Source: Lingula anatina | Lineage: Eukaryota; Animalia; Brachiopoda | Direction: 5' to 3' | Length of the DNA: 64,000 bases | Assembly (NCBI GenBank): GCA_051362555.1 | Contig: CM120641.1 | Location: forward strand, 12,028,001-12,092,000 | Made by a program: the position numbers and the translations under genes | Notes under the pieces: generated by a model | Database searches by the model: none | Told to the model about the DNA's origin: nothing | What the model saw: the letters and a program-made list of their open reading frames with translations, nothing else | Shown here: positions 39,501 to 51,581 of the stretch, piece by piece | Layout: every line of letters begins with the position of its first letter | Numbering within the stretch: position 1 is the stretch's first letter

Positions 39501-42500
39501 TTCAAGTTCAATAGTAACTATGGACCTATCTCTGCCAGTTTTGGAGATAAAAGGGAAGCAAAATTTGCAAAGTTCAGTTCATGGTGAAAAGTAGGTCAAA
39601 GGTCAATTTTAAGGTCACATTTAGATTGCCAGTATATGACTTCCCATTCAAGTTCAATAGTAACTATGGACCTATCTCTGCCAGTTTTGGAGATAAAAGG
39701 GAAGCAAAATTTGCAAAGTTCAGTTGATGGTGAAAAGTAGGTCAAAGGTCAATTTTAAGGTCACATTTAGATTGCCAGTATATGACTTCCCATTCAAGTT
39801 CAATAGTAACTATGGACCTATCTCTGCCAGTTTTGGAGATAAAAGGGAAGCAAAATTTGCAAAGTTCAGTTCATGGTGAAAAGTAGGTCAAAGGTCAATT
39901 TCAATGTCACATTTGGATTGCCAGTATATGATTTCCTATTCAACTTCAATAGTAACTATGGACCTATCTCTGCCAGTTTTGGAGATAAAAGGGAAGCAAA
40001 ATTTGCAAAGTTCAGTTCATGGTGAAAAGTAGGTCAAAGGTCAATTTCAAGGTCACAGTAAGATTGCCCCTATATGACTTCCTATTCAACTTCAATAGTA
40101 ACTATGGACCTATCTCTGCCAGTTTTGGAGATATAAGGGACTAATTGTTTTAATTTTGGAGTTACCATAATGTGCCATAAATTTCCTACAGAAAAAAAAT
40201 TAATTAAAATAAAGAAAACATCACTTTGGTCAAAATTCTTAAAATAAGAGGTGCTCTGAAGTTCCAGAAGTTCAAATTTGATGAAATAATGTCATTTTTG
40301 ACCACAAGTTGTCTGCTTTGCCAAGCCTTATGTATTATTTTTCCAGAGTTCAAAATTTATTATCCATTACCGTACTGCACATTTTGCTTTCACCACCAAT
40401 ATGTACTTTTTGATACAGCGTAACTTAAAAACCGTATGGAATACAAAAAAACGGAGACCACCTCTAGTGTTGGGCTTTACATGCTCTACAAAATGCAAAA
40501 AAGAATGGGTCTCTAGCATTAACGGTTCCCAAATTAGAGACAGTTTTCAGTTTAGGTACTTTATGGCCGCTACTCCCGTGAAAATGCACCAATTGACCCC
40601 AAATTCACGGAGATGAAAGATGACCCGAAGGGTAACACTTTCCAATAATATCATTGGTAAAGTCTATGTGGTGTCTGAATAACAGGGCAAAAAAATTTTT
40701 TTTCGTAAAAAATTTCATTTTTTTGAAAATTTTGGCCCGTTTGACCTTGAAATAAAGGTCAAAGGTCAAATCCAAGGGCATATTTGAAATCTACACATGT
40801 GACTTTTGGAAAGCTGTCTGTAGAAATTTTTCCCATAACCCCTTCCGTAGGGTAGATAATTAGCATTTAATTTTGCCATTTTTAGACAAGGGTGCATTGC
40901 AATGAGTGCCACACCTAGACCCCAATACCGACAAAGCCCAAATTTTACGTGGAACGAGTTGAGATTATAGGTGACCTAAATCCAAGAGATGGGTACAGGG
41001 GCCCTTACCGTCTAGGAGGAGAAGCGGTAACGGTGACTTGGCGGCGGAGCCGCAGGAGCCGGCGGAGCCGCAGGAGCCGGCGGAACATACGGGTCGGGAC
41101 TAAAACCATGGGTACCGCCAGCGCCTACGCTGGTGGTACAATTAATCAATCATCACCAAAATCTAATCATTTCTTCCTTGGCCCTTTTGTGACCTATCCT
41201 GAAACTTGCATCAAAACCCATTCCTTAATTTTTTGTGAAATAATGTGCACAAACAAACCCACTAACAGCAAGCTAAACATAATCTCCTTGTCAGATGTGA
41301 AAATCAGCACTATTAAGTTATGTTGTTGGTCATATCTAAAACAAAACCACCACATACCTGAGTTTTGCATTGCTTGCTTGGATCATTTCTGGAATCATTT
41401 CCTTTCTTAGATTACACTGAACTAGAAGGTTGTGTGCCTTTGTCCACCTTTGACAAAATGAAAGAATAAAATGAATTTACTAAAATTTCAAATTACTACA
41501 AACTATTACAAAATATAACAAAATGCATGAAAATTTAAAAAGTCCATTATCCAGAATTAGAGGTTGAATCTTAATTCACAAGAAATATAAGATCTAATTT
41601 ATACACATTTAATACCATGAAAAAAATATTAAAGCTACTGTTCATGTGAAATTGCCTGTTTTCACATTTAAGTTTTGTACAAAAGTTAAATAACTAGTTA
41701 CTTGGGAAAGAACTCACCATTCTACCATGTATGGGACTTTTTGTGCTAATGTCATCTCATGGTTTATTTCTATTGCAAAGTAAAAATCCCTCAGAGCAAC
41801 AGCCTGGCAAAATCAAAGTTTTTTTTTGTTAATGCCAGCACAAGAACACTGACTTGACTTAACCCCATGTATGACATCATATTTTTGTTGGCTTAAAGAC
41901 TAAAAACTTCACATAATAAAGTGTCTTGGACTGGCTACAGAATTGTACCAAGCGTAATGTATTGCAAATATAAATAAAATAAATAAATAATTTCATAAAT
42001 AAATAAATAAATGAAATTTTAATTATAATATACATAGATGATAAGTGTGTGTCTTACTGTTTTGTATTCACTTACAGATTTTTAAAAATAAGTATGGTTG
42101 GGGCAGTCATACTGTTATTCTTACCTGTTCTCTATATTGCACTGGCAGCACTGGGCTTGAATCTAGGATATCTGGAGGAAAAAATTATATATAATAACAT
42201 TATTTATATTTTCTATTTGACATAAATATCTAAAATACATAGAGCAAGCTAATCCTCAATTATCATTTTCTTTCAGCATTGTTCAAAACAATCAGCATTT
42301 ATCACTTTTTACGTACAGACACAGATGTGTCTGTACATATTGCCATCACCTGCGTCTGTCGTCGCCGTCGTCGCCGATGGCGATGGCGATGCCGATGCCG
42401 ATGCCGTGCACTTTCCTTGTAAACACGATAAGTGGAACACTATTTTATTTTTTGCTTTTATATTTACAGAGCTGATGAATATTCATAAAATGCAGGTCAA

Positions 42501-45500
42501 GTTCGAAAATAAGCATGATCGGGCCATTATAGTAGAAGTTATGCTGTTTTTTTCACTTTTCAGCATATATGCAACCCTGTAAACACATTTTAAGGAAAAC
42601 CGTTAGGCCAATTGTCATTAAACTCACAGGAGTGGTCAATCTTACTAAAACGCAGGTTGAGTTCGAAAATCAGCATAATCGGGCCATTATTTTAGAAGTT
42701 ATGCTGTTTTTTCACATTTCCTCAGATTCAGTTCTTAGGCATGTTAACAGTCTTATTATTTAACTAATAAGATACATAAAAGTGTTTGTTTGACATTTCC
42801 TGCATCTTTACAACATTGTTAGTTGATTATGTAAAAATGATGGTAAACTTGTTAATGTGTATTGTGTAATAAAGTGTCAAAAATGGAAATAAACTCATAT
42901 CATTGCAGTTTGTCAGATTCAATCATTCACTATGTTCAGAATCTCAGAATGGAAGAAATTGGACATTTAACACTGTTCTATTGATATTTTTCACATCTCA
43001 TCAATTTTCTTAGTTTAAATGGCAGTATCCTATTAATTTTGTTTTATGTTAAAAAAGTGTTAAAAATGGAAATAAACCCATTTCAGAACAGTGCAGTCTT
43101 GTTTACATTTTGGCATTTTTAAGGTGTGACTTTGAAGTTCCATCGGCCTAAAAACCTTTGTTAGTCACGTTTTCTGTTTGTCCATGATACTAATATTTTA
43201 TTATTAAAAATTTGGTCATTATGCTGTTCAACGTTATGTAATATTGCATCAAAATTTGAAAAAAACCTATTTTGGGCACTGCTCCCATGATGACCATTTA
43301 AGAAAAACCATGTCACTTATTGTTCTCAAACAGTACAGTTAATATGTACAGATGTGTCTGTACATATTGCCATCACCTGCGTCTGTCGTCGCCGTCGTTG
43401 CCATCACTGTCGCTGTCGCCGGGGCTGTGCACTTTCATTGTAAACACGATAAGTGGAAGAAAGTTTTACTTTTTGGCTGTATATTTACAGAGCTGATGAA
43501 TATTCATAAAATGCAGGTCAAGTTCGAAAATCGGCAGGATCGGGCCACTATTTTAGTAGTTATGCTTTTTTTTTTCACTTTTCAGCATATATGCAACACT
43601 GTAAACACAATATAAGAAAAACAGATAGGCCAATTGTCATTAAACTTACAGGAGTGGTCATTCCTGCTAAAACGCAGTTGAGTTCAAAAATCAGCATAAT
43701 CAGGCCATTATTTAAAAAAAATGCAGTTTTTTCACATTTCCTCAGATTCAATTCTTAGGCATGTAAACAGTTTCTTTATTGAACTAATAAGATACGTAAA
43801 AGTGTTTGTTTGGCATTTCCTGCATCTTTACAACATTATTAGTTGATTATGTAAAAATGATGGTAAACTTGTTATCGTGTATTGTGTAATAAAGTTTCAA
43901 AAATGAAAATAAATCCATATCATTGCAGTTTGTCAGATTCAATCATTCACTATGTTCTGAATCTCAGAATGGAAGAAATTGGACATTTAACACTGCTCTG
44001 TTGATATTTTTCCCATCTCATCAATTTTCTTAGTTGATCATATAAAAACGGCAGTATCCTATTAATTTTGTTTTATGTTAAAAAAGTGTTAAAAATGGAA
44101 ATAAACCCATTTCAGAACAGTGCTGTCTCGTTTACATTTTGGCATTTTCAAGATGTGACTTTGAAGTTCCATGGGACTGAAGACCTTTGCTAGTCACATT
44201 TTCTGAATATCCATAATACTAATATTTTATTATTAAAATTGATGGTCATTATGCTGTTAAACATTATGTAATATTGCATCAAAATTTGAAAAAAAAAAAC
44301 TATTTTGGGCACTGCTCCCATGATGACCATTTAAGAAAAACCATGTCATTTACTGTTCTCAAACTTACAGGAAAGAAACATGTGACTAAAATACAGCTTC
44401 AGTAGGAAATACAGTCTGTTTGGTAATTCTTACTGCCAGTTAAACAGTTTTTTTGTGAAAATTTAATTTTTCACATATTGGCATTTTCAAGGTGTGACTT
44501 TGAAGTTCCACGGGCTTGAAGACCCATGCTAGTCACATTTTCTGAAAATCCATGATACTTATATTTTATTATTAAAAATTGACGGTCATTATGCTGTTAA
44601 CCATTATGCAATATGGCATCAGAATAGAAGAAAACACAATTTTGGGTGCTGCTGCCATGATGACCATTATGGGAAAACCATGTTACTTATGATTGCCAAA
44701 CTTTCAAAAAAGAAATACAGGACTAAAATGCAGTCTGAGTTGGAAAAGCAGTCTAATTGACTTCTTTTTCTGGAAGTTATACATTTTCAAAGTGTAAACT
44801 TGTCACATATTTTAATTACACTGGTATTACCTGTTGAGGATAATTAAAATTTGATGTTGAATTTGCAGTTTAACATAATGTATTTTTGCATCAGAATTGA
44901 CAGTAGCCTATTTTGTGCATAGTTATTTCTTATTTTTTGTCTGTACATTTGACAGCTTTGCTGCCTTGTTGTCTATACATTTTAATTCTGTAACATTATA
45001 AGTTATGATAAATAGTAATGATTAATTTGATTAACATACTCTTGGAATAAACTAGTTCAATACAATTTTGTATAAATAAATATTTTGTATCAAAACTTAC
45101 TATGTGTGGATGAACATCTATTGCCCTTTTCTGTAAACTTAGACAGAGTAAAGTCAAAGTCTGCTACAATCTGAAAAAAGAAAAAAGTTAATTTTTTAGC
45201 TATGCCTGAAATTTAACAAGATGAACACAGAGACAGCGAGAGAGAGAGAGAGAGAGGTCAGCTGAATTACACAACACTTACTTGTAATTTTTCTTTTCCA
45301 CCTTCAACAAGTTTCAATAGAATTTGTTCTACTCTGTCACGATCCTTTATGTGCACATGCACCTTTTGCAGTTCATCAATCTGTAAAGAAATTAATGTAT
45401 TCATTGATCTATTGTGTCTACCACCTTGCAAATTAAACTACATACAATAGATATTTTCCTGTGGCTGCTCTGCATAATACCAGACTAGTCAACTAAAACA

Positions 45501-46023
45501 CCACTCCCACTGGGTTGGGTTTATAATTGAGGGATTCAGCCAATTTTGCATCAAATTCCTTCCATTAAACAATCACGCATAAGGTTTTCACCTTATTTTT
45601 AACTAATATAATGCTTAGGTTTTCATGTAGCACTAGCACTGTGGCCAGTATGTGGCACTGACAGGTGCTATACATCACTGGGTGCAGATGTGTTATATTA
45701 ATTATAAAGCAAGAAAAGATCTATTGTGACCTCATATGATCTAATTTCAGCTCTTCTTTTTTAATTCAATTAGCTGTTGTCTTTAGTTTACAAATATGAT
45801 AACGATGGATGAGTGAATTACTAAGAATTCACTCGGTAGTAGTATTATTACGATTAACTTTAGTTATAGTAAATCGGGCTGAGAGAGCGTGACGTACCGT
45901 ATCAACAATCCTCTGGCGCTTTCGTTTCCTGTGCTTCACTAGAATATATCCGATCCCAACTAATCCAACCAATGCACTTATTCCAAGACTAATTTTTGTA
46001 CCTGACCAATTTACTACTGCCAT
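36594..46023 (-). CDS. NT5C3: Cytosolic 5'-nucleotidase III (HAD family, pyrimidine/m7GMP nucleotidase); exons 46023-45898, 45380-45282, 45170-45101, 42171-42125, 41803-41718, 41447-41358, 37727-37565, 37309-37100, 36695-36594
   Basis: HAD motif I IVADFDFTLSKF, PYMVEWWTKAH, LLIFSAGLGD, IHVFNKN, ILMGDSIGDLHMADG, IGFLN and FDIVLVNDET are present; the spliced frame is continuous. Confidence 0.95.
38059..41140 (-). mobile_element. Helentron-associated/DINE-1-like element, family B, copy 2 (NT5C3 intron)
   Basis: Same termini as 25451-27354 in reverse orientation (CTAGAGGATCAGAGAGGCGATACCGCCTC ... GTACCGCCAGC-GCCTAC-GCTGGTGGTAC). Confidence 0.88.
38290..40140 (-). repeat. 146-bp satellite in two blocks (5 and 6 units) separated by a duplicated spacer of about 290 bp
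   Basis: GGACCTATCTCTGCCAG-type anchor at about 38348, 38493, 38638, 38784, 38930 and 39376, 39522, 39668, 39814, 39960, 40106. Spacer about 38960-39250 recurs at about 40140-40425. Confidence 0.92.
42311..44968 (+). mobile_element. Helentron-associated/DINE-1-like element, family A, copy 2, with internal head-to-tail restart near 43345
   Basis: 5' hairpin GTACAGACACA-GA-TGTGTCTGTAC after TTTTT; the first kb or so is repeated from about 43345; the 3' end TGTCTGTACATTTGACAGCTTTGCTGCCTTGTT is identical to copy 1. Confidence 0.85.
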
Positions 46024-46079
46024 TATAATCTTGGTACAGACACTTTATTATTGCTTATTTCCCCCACAAATAATGATCC

Positions 46080-46170
46080 AGCGTTTGTATGACGTCCTTG
46101 ACATTGACCCTAGTGTCATATTTCTTTGACGGACTTTTCCGGAAAAGCACGAACACCTTACTTCGCCTTT
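46080..46170 (-). promoter_or_regulatory. Probable NT5C3 promoter region
   Basis: CpG-rich patch 60-150 bp upstream of the ATG with ATGACGTC and palindromic TTTTCCGGAAAA (ETS core). Confidence 0.35.
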
Positions 46171-46369
46171 CCTTTGCGCGGTGATCATCTGTCATTGTAT
46201 GGATCACCATATGGCCTACCGTGCCTCTCGATCTTGTCCCATTCGTATACTTTCGCTATATTTTTGATAACTCTATTTATTTATAGCTGTATTATGCTTG
46301 ATACACAATTAAGTTTGTAGGCCTACAATACAGCTATTTAATATTAAATGAGGATATATTTATTATCAA

Positions 46370-46600
46370 CTAGACAAGCACTCCGAGAGCGCAGACCTCC
46401 GCCAAGGCAGCGATTTTATTATTATTGATTATTGATTGATTATTGATCCGGATCACCACCAAAAACCAATCATCTCTTTCCTGGCCCACTTCTGACAGTT
46501 CCTGAAAATTTCATCACAATCGGTCCATAACTTTTTGAGTTATGTTGATGACAAACAAACAGACAGACAGGGGTGAAAACATAACATCTTTGGCGGAGGC
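46370..46600 (-). mobile_element. Short Helentron-associated element, family C
   Basis: SubTIRs CCTCCGCCAA / TTGGCGGAGG, (ACAG/ACAA)n microsatellite, terminal hairpin and CTAG end; homologous to 51635-52016. Confidence 0.8.
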
Positions 46601-49430
46601 AACAAGGATTGCCCCCCCCCCCCCTCCCCCCCCCCCCGCCCCACCTCCCCCCACTAAAATGACTGTAATATTCTAAATCCCTATTTTTATGTAGTACATT
46701 CCGAACAAAGCAAAATAAGATTTAAACCTCCAATGAGTGTGCCCCAGTTAAAATCCTGCCCGAAGTAGTAGCTAGCCTAAAAGCAACCATTATATTTCAT
46801 ATGTATACGTGGAATGTTCAGAACTCTGGGAGAACTCTTTATTCTTTTTGTTCCTGTTGTTGTGCAGGGGCCTACACCTAGCTGTATGAGCATGGGGTGT
46901 GGGGGGGGGGGGGGGGGGGGTCTCGATAATCCGAAGGTTCATTGGTCCGCAGATTCCTTGGTCCAAAAAGTCGTACGCACTTGCCCCGATGAACTTTATT
47001 TATTGCCATTACCTTATGCACTAAATATTCATGCATTAATTCGGACTATCGAACGTTTAGACCGACGGACCTTCGGACCTACGGCCCCGCTGTATGTGTA
47101 TCAGCTCATCCCATCAAATTAAGAAAATCACTAATAACAAACAGAAAAACCAGGCAGTTATCTTACAAGGGAACTTACTTTGAAGATCTTTGAATGAAGT
47201 AAGCTTGTTTAAAATCTGAGAAGGAAACTTCTGTTTGGCAATGCCATGAAAGATGATTGTAAGCGTAATGTTAGTAACTGACAGCCACGACTGCATAAGG
47301 AACGGGGAGTGTTTTGTAGAGGAACTGCTCTTATGATATTTATACAATGCGTAATGTTAACAGAAAGAAGGCCGTTGGAGATGAGGTAGAGATAGAAATG
47401 GAAAAAAAGGCGGCGCGGGAACCAGCTGGAAATTATTTAGGCCTTAATAAATAATATGAAAAAATATAACGGCGTTGTAGGCCTATTTCCTATTTACTAC
47501 CTACAACAAAATATAAAGACAACTTCTTCGTCACACTATTACTGAGCTCTTATTTCATGTAGGGGCCTAAACAGTTGGAAATTAAAAATAAAATGGTCTA
47601 TAAAACCCAAGTGAACGCGATATTTAAAAAGATTCGTGGAAGTTGTTTTTTCTAACGACTAATAAGTTAAAGATGTGTGGCAAACGTAAGTGAGAGGCAT
47701 GACCTATGGTAACCTGACCAGTTTTACCTTAAAGCAGTCCGTATTTGTTTTTGGTATTATCTTTGAAATCTATTACAGGCCCTATCACGTTTACCAAGTG
47801 TCACACCCCATGAGTATCTTGTTTTTGTCATGGACAAGGGGGATTGGGAGTTTTCACTCAAATTGATATGGATGTGTTTCGGAATGTCTAAGTTTTGGAG
47901 GGTTTAATCGTGTCATATCTGTGAGTTCGATCTTCTTAAGGAGCATGTGAAGGGAATTAAGGAGTGTAATGGATAAGTCAACATTAAATAAAAGATTATC
48001 TTAAAACAAAGCATTGCGTATTGTTATTGTCGACATTAAGAAGTGCCATGCCATAATATTCATAAGACACAAATGACGCCAATAGAGCGTTTTAATGCCA
48101 ATTGAATATATTTAACTCTTACAAAAAACTAAATAGCAATGTTATTACGGCTAATTCAAACATGATTAGATACGTAGGATTAAAGTTATCGATTGGATTG
48201 ATCTCAATACGAGGAGTCAAGCAATGAGAAACCCACTTAACAGACAATTTATAAGCATTAGAATTTTTTATATTAAAAAAAGACATATTTTGTTTTCCTA
48301 AATTAATAACAGCGATTGCATATTATAATACGATATCTAATATTTATAATTACATTTATTCCCTTAACCATGACAGAATTTAATAGGAGAAAAAAAGAGC
48401 TGACCGTAGAAGTTTGAAAAACCAAGCTTTAGTTTGCCATACTCTCAAGGACAGTTTTAAAGGCTAGGTTTATTAGTATTATATCTACTTCTCAAGAGGG
48501 GCAAAATAGTTTTAAGTTAAGGATCATCCTTGACAACGTGCGGGGACATCATATTGACACTGCTCTTTGTCGTATTTAATCACAGCGAATCATCTGACCG
48601 TTCGTGAGAACAGGTTGACAAAATGGACATTAACTTCTTATCTGACCCTCGACGTTAGTGTTAATTTTCTCTGCTTGTGTCCCGATATAAAAATCACAAA
48701 CACGATCAGCAAGTAGAGGCTACTAAATTTAATGATTTGTTTTACAAAATTCGCTTTTAACATACACAAATGAAAGGACAATTTAATAGGGTTATGATTA
48801 TGTTATTTTATGTAGTTTACTTATCACTTTAGCTTTAAATCGATATAAACGATACAGTGCGAAGAAGCACTTATTTTCAAGTTCTGATATAAAAAAATTT
48901 AAAAAAACAAACAAACAAAACAGCGGATATTAAAGAAATTAGCAAATTTAAAATTTAAAAATTCGATGTGAAATTTCTGTTGGATATGATTATTAAATAA
49001 CTTCCATGGCGAAAAAACCTTTTATCCCAAATTTTTAGGAACAAAATAGCTTTAGGAAATGAAGAGATAATCTATTTTCGGCATTTTAATATGAATTCCT
49101 CAAATTTCTTCAGTAGCTATCCTTTATGTGCTTAAATTATTCTTTCTCCGATTTCATTTTGAATAACATTTCTAACTAAATATTCATAGAAATTAACAAG
49201 GTCTTTAATTGCGGTAATCCAATTAATGAGTTTCAAATGAATAATAATGTCATTTGTAATTTTATCGATGTCGGATCGGTAACTCAAAGAATTCAACGCG
49301 GTCCTTACGAGAACGCACACTAAAGGCATACTAATAAGTGAGTGATTAATAGCTCTCAAGCCATCAAATTTACAAAGATGAAGTTTAAGAAGATGGAGAC
49401 ATAAGTAAACAAAACGAAAACAAAAAACTT

Positions 49431-49494
49431 GGTTACGGGCTTATAAAAGGGTAGCGAAACACGAGGTTACGGGCTTATAAAAGGGTAGCGAAAC
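49431..49494 (+). promoter_or_regulatory. Tandemly duplicated TATA-box core promoter
   Basis: GGTTACGGGCTTATAAAAGGGTAGCGAAAC occurs twice; the second TATAAAA is about 50 bp before the ATG at 49525. Confidence 0.7.
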
Positions 49495-49524
49495 TGCATT
49501 TCCAGAGAAGCGTTCGGTAGCACA

Positions 49525-51526
49525 ATGTCTCCATTGCTCCTTCGTTTGGCGGCTGTCATAGCCGTTCTGATTCAAGGCACATTTTCCGACAATAAGGGTG
49601 GGTAACTTAGCGTAGAATACTAATTTAATGTATGTAGATGCGTTTTACCTTCAGTTTAATTACGTTTTATTTCGAAAATAATTACGTAATGACGGCAGGG
49701 AGAGTTTTGCAGATTAGATTACATGGATTAAAGGCAATTTCGCGACGGTTAGACTTACTGAGAAATAGTTTTAGGAAATTAAACAGTTTGAATTGTTAGA
49801 CGGTATACATATGCAGACATATTACATCATGTACCCCCGTTAAATGGGTAACTACCGGTATTTTTTTCAATGAAACGGTACTTAAATTACACTCACAAAC
49901 TATGTACCTTTCCAGCATGCACGGCTAAAACTAAGGCCGATGTAGCCTTTGTCTTGGATGCGTCTAACAGCATCCAACGACAAAATTTTGCTAAAGTGTT
50001 GGACTACGTGAAGAACTTTGTTGACAGCGTAGAGATTGGGCCAGACAAGGTTCAGGTTGGAATCGTTCATTTCAGTCAGAAGGCAGAGGTCGACATGAAA
50101 TTAAACGCGTTTAAAGGTAAGTCGTATTTTCGGAAATTATGCTGCTGTTCTGCTAATTCTTTCAATATGGCATATATTCCTTATTCACATTTTACATCAG
50201 ACTGAGATGGTGTAAATGTACAGGTCAATTCAGCATTGGGATGTAGCATCAAGAAAAATCGAACAAATACAGCTACTAATAAACATTAGTATTGTATAGT
50301 AGAGAAATGTTGAAATACATTCTGTTTGTTTGTAACATCCCCATTTATCATTTATCATTCACATAGATAAAACTGCCATGAAAGCATACATCCACCAAAA
50401 CCTCTCTGGAGTGAACGGCATCTCCCTTGGCAAACGTACTAACACGTCTGGAGGTCTGCTCGTGATGAGAAATAAGATCTTCAATGCGGCCAACGGCGCT
50501 CGCCAAGGCGTGCCAAGAATAGCGATCGTCATCACGGACGGGAAACCGAATGAAGACGAGGCTCTCACTGTTCCCAACGCTGATGCAGCTAAGAAAGCTA
50601 ATATTACCATTTATGCAGTCGGAGTTGGTCAAGCAGTGAAAAGGTTTGGATGAATTATGCAATTACTTATTTATATATGGCGAAAATTCTTTTACATATC
50701 AACAAATATGTGCAAAACATCAGGGGAGTAAATCTGGATGTTTTAGCTTTAAAAATCATTTTATCACCAAAAAACCCGCTCGAGTCGTTATTCCTATTCT
50801 GATGAAGATCTTCTGTAACATAGTTCATTGCCTATCTTAGTTTTTACAGCCTTTTGTTGTCTTAAATGTATCAAAAGAGATGAATTGGGCATATTTGCGG
50901 TTGCACATTCATTTTGAACTTTACTAATAACTCAAGGCATCATTTATTTAGGCCTACTTTGGAATCCATAGCGTCCACGCCCGTAGATGCCCACGTGTTC
51001 GAGGTTGAAGATACCGATGCCTTGTTGCAAAATACGTTCAAATTATTTGAAAAAGTTTGCGAAACAGGTAGATTTTTCGGTTTTTATCTGTTAATTTACA
51101 ACGATTTATTTTTACATAAAAAATGCTTTAAATACTAATTTTTCTTGTATACAAAATTCTTTTAGTGCTTCGACTTAATTCCAATTCTCGTTCTTTTATT
51201 CAAATTATAATTTAGAGTCTTGTGTTATTAATTATGAATTTGGATAAAAAAGACAAATCGTTGCATGATAATTGTTCTTTTAGCTGTTAATAATTGCCCG
51301 GGTGTAGATAACGGAGAAGGTGATAAACCACTGGCCGAAGTGAAGACCCGCTTGAACAAACTGATTACCCTTCTACACACCCTCGACGAACAGTGCACAG
51401 GTAAAAGTTCACTGTAAAACACTTTGTGTCATAGTGGCTTTGAAAAGACAAATGTATCAGTGGCAGCAATACTAACATTCGTCATCAGTCACCAACTTCA
51501 CCAGGATATGGAAATTGCACCAGCCC

Positions 51527-51581
<55 letters not shown>

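Larger units (their letters stand above)
37990..41298 (-). mobile_element. Degenerate family C element split in two (37990-38058 and 41141-41298) by the family B insertion
   Basis: CTAGAAAAGTACTCAGAGAG at 37990 matches the family C 3' end. ATCACCAAAATCTAATCAT...CCTTGGCCC...AAACATAATCTCCTTG at 41150-41290 matches the family C body and 5' end. Confidence 0.7.

Noticed and set aside
38290-40140. CRISPR-like regular array
   Set aside because: Whole 146-bp monomers repeat with no unique spacers, no cas genes are present and the context is a eukaryotic intron.
40949-41410. 153-aa ORF with an SRRSRR protamine-like tract (also ORFs at 25439-25688)
   Set aside because: It is a translation of the 9-bp repeats at the family B terminus, not a supported gene.
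46925-47085. Small CCGAAGG/CCTTCGG inverted element beside poly-G/poly-C tracts
   Set aside because: Arms are too short and degenerate, with a single copy in the window, so it cannot be classified.
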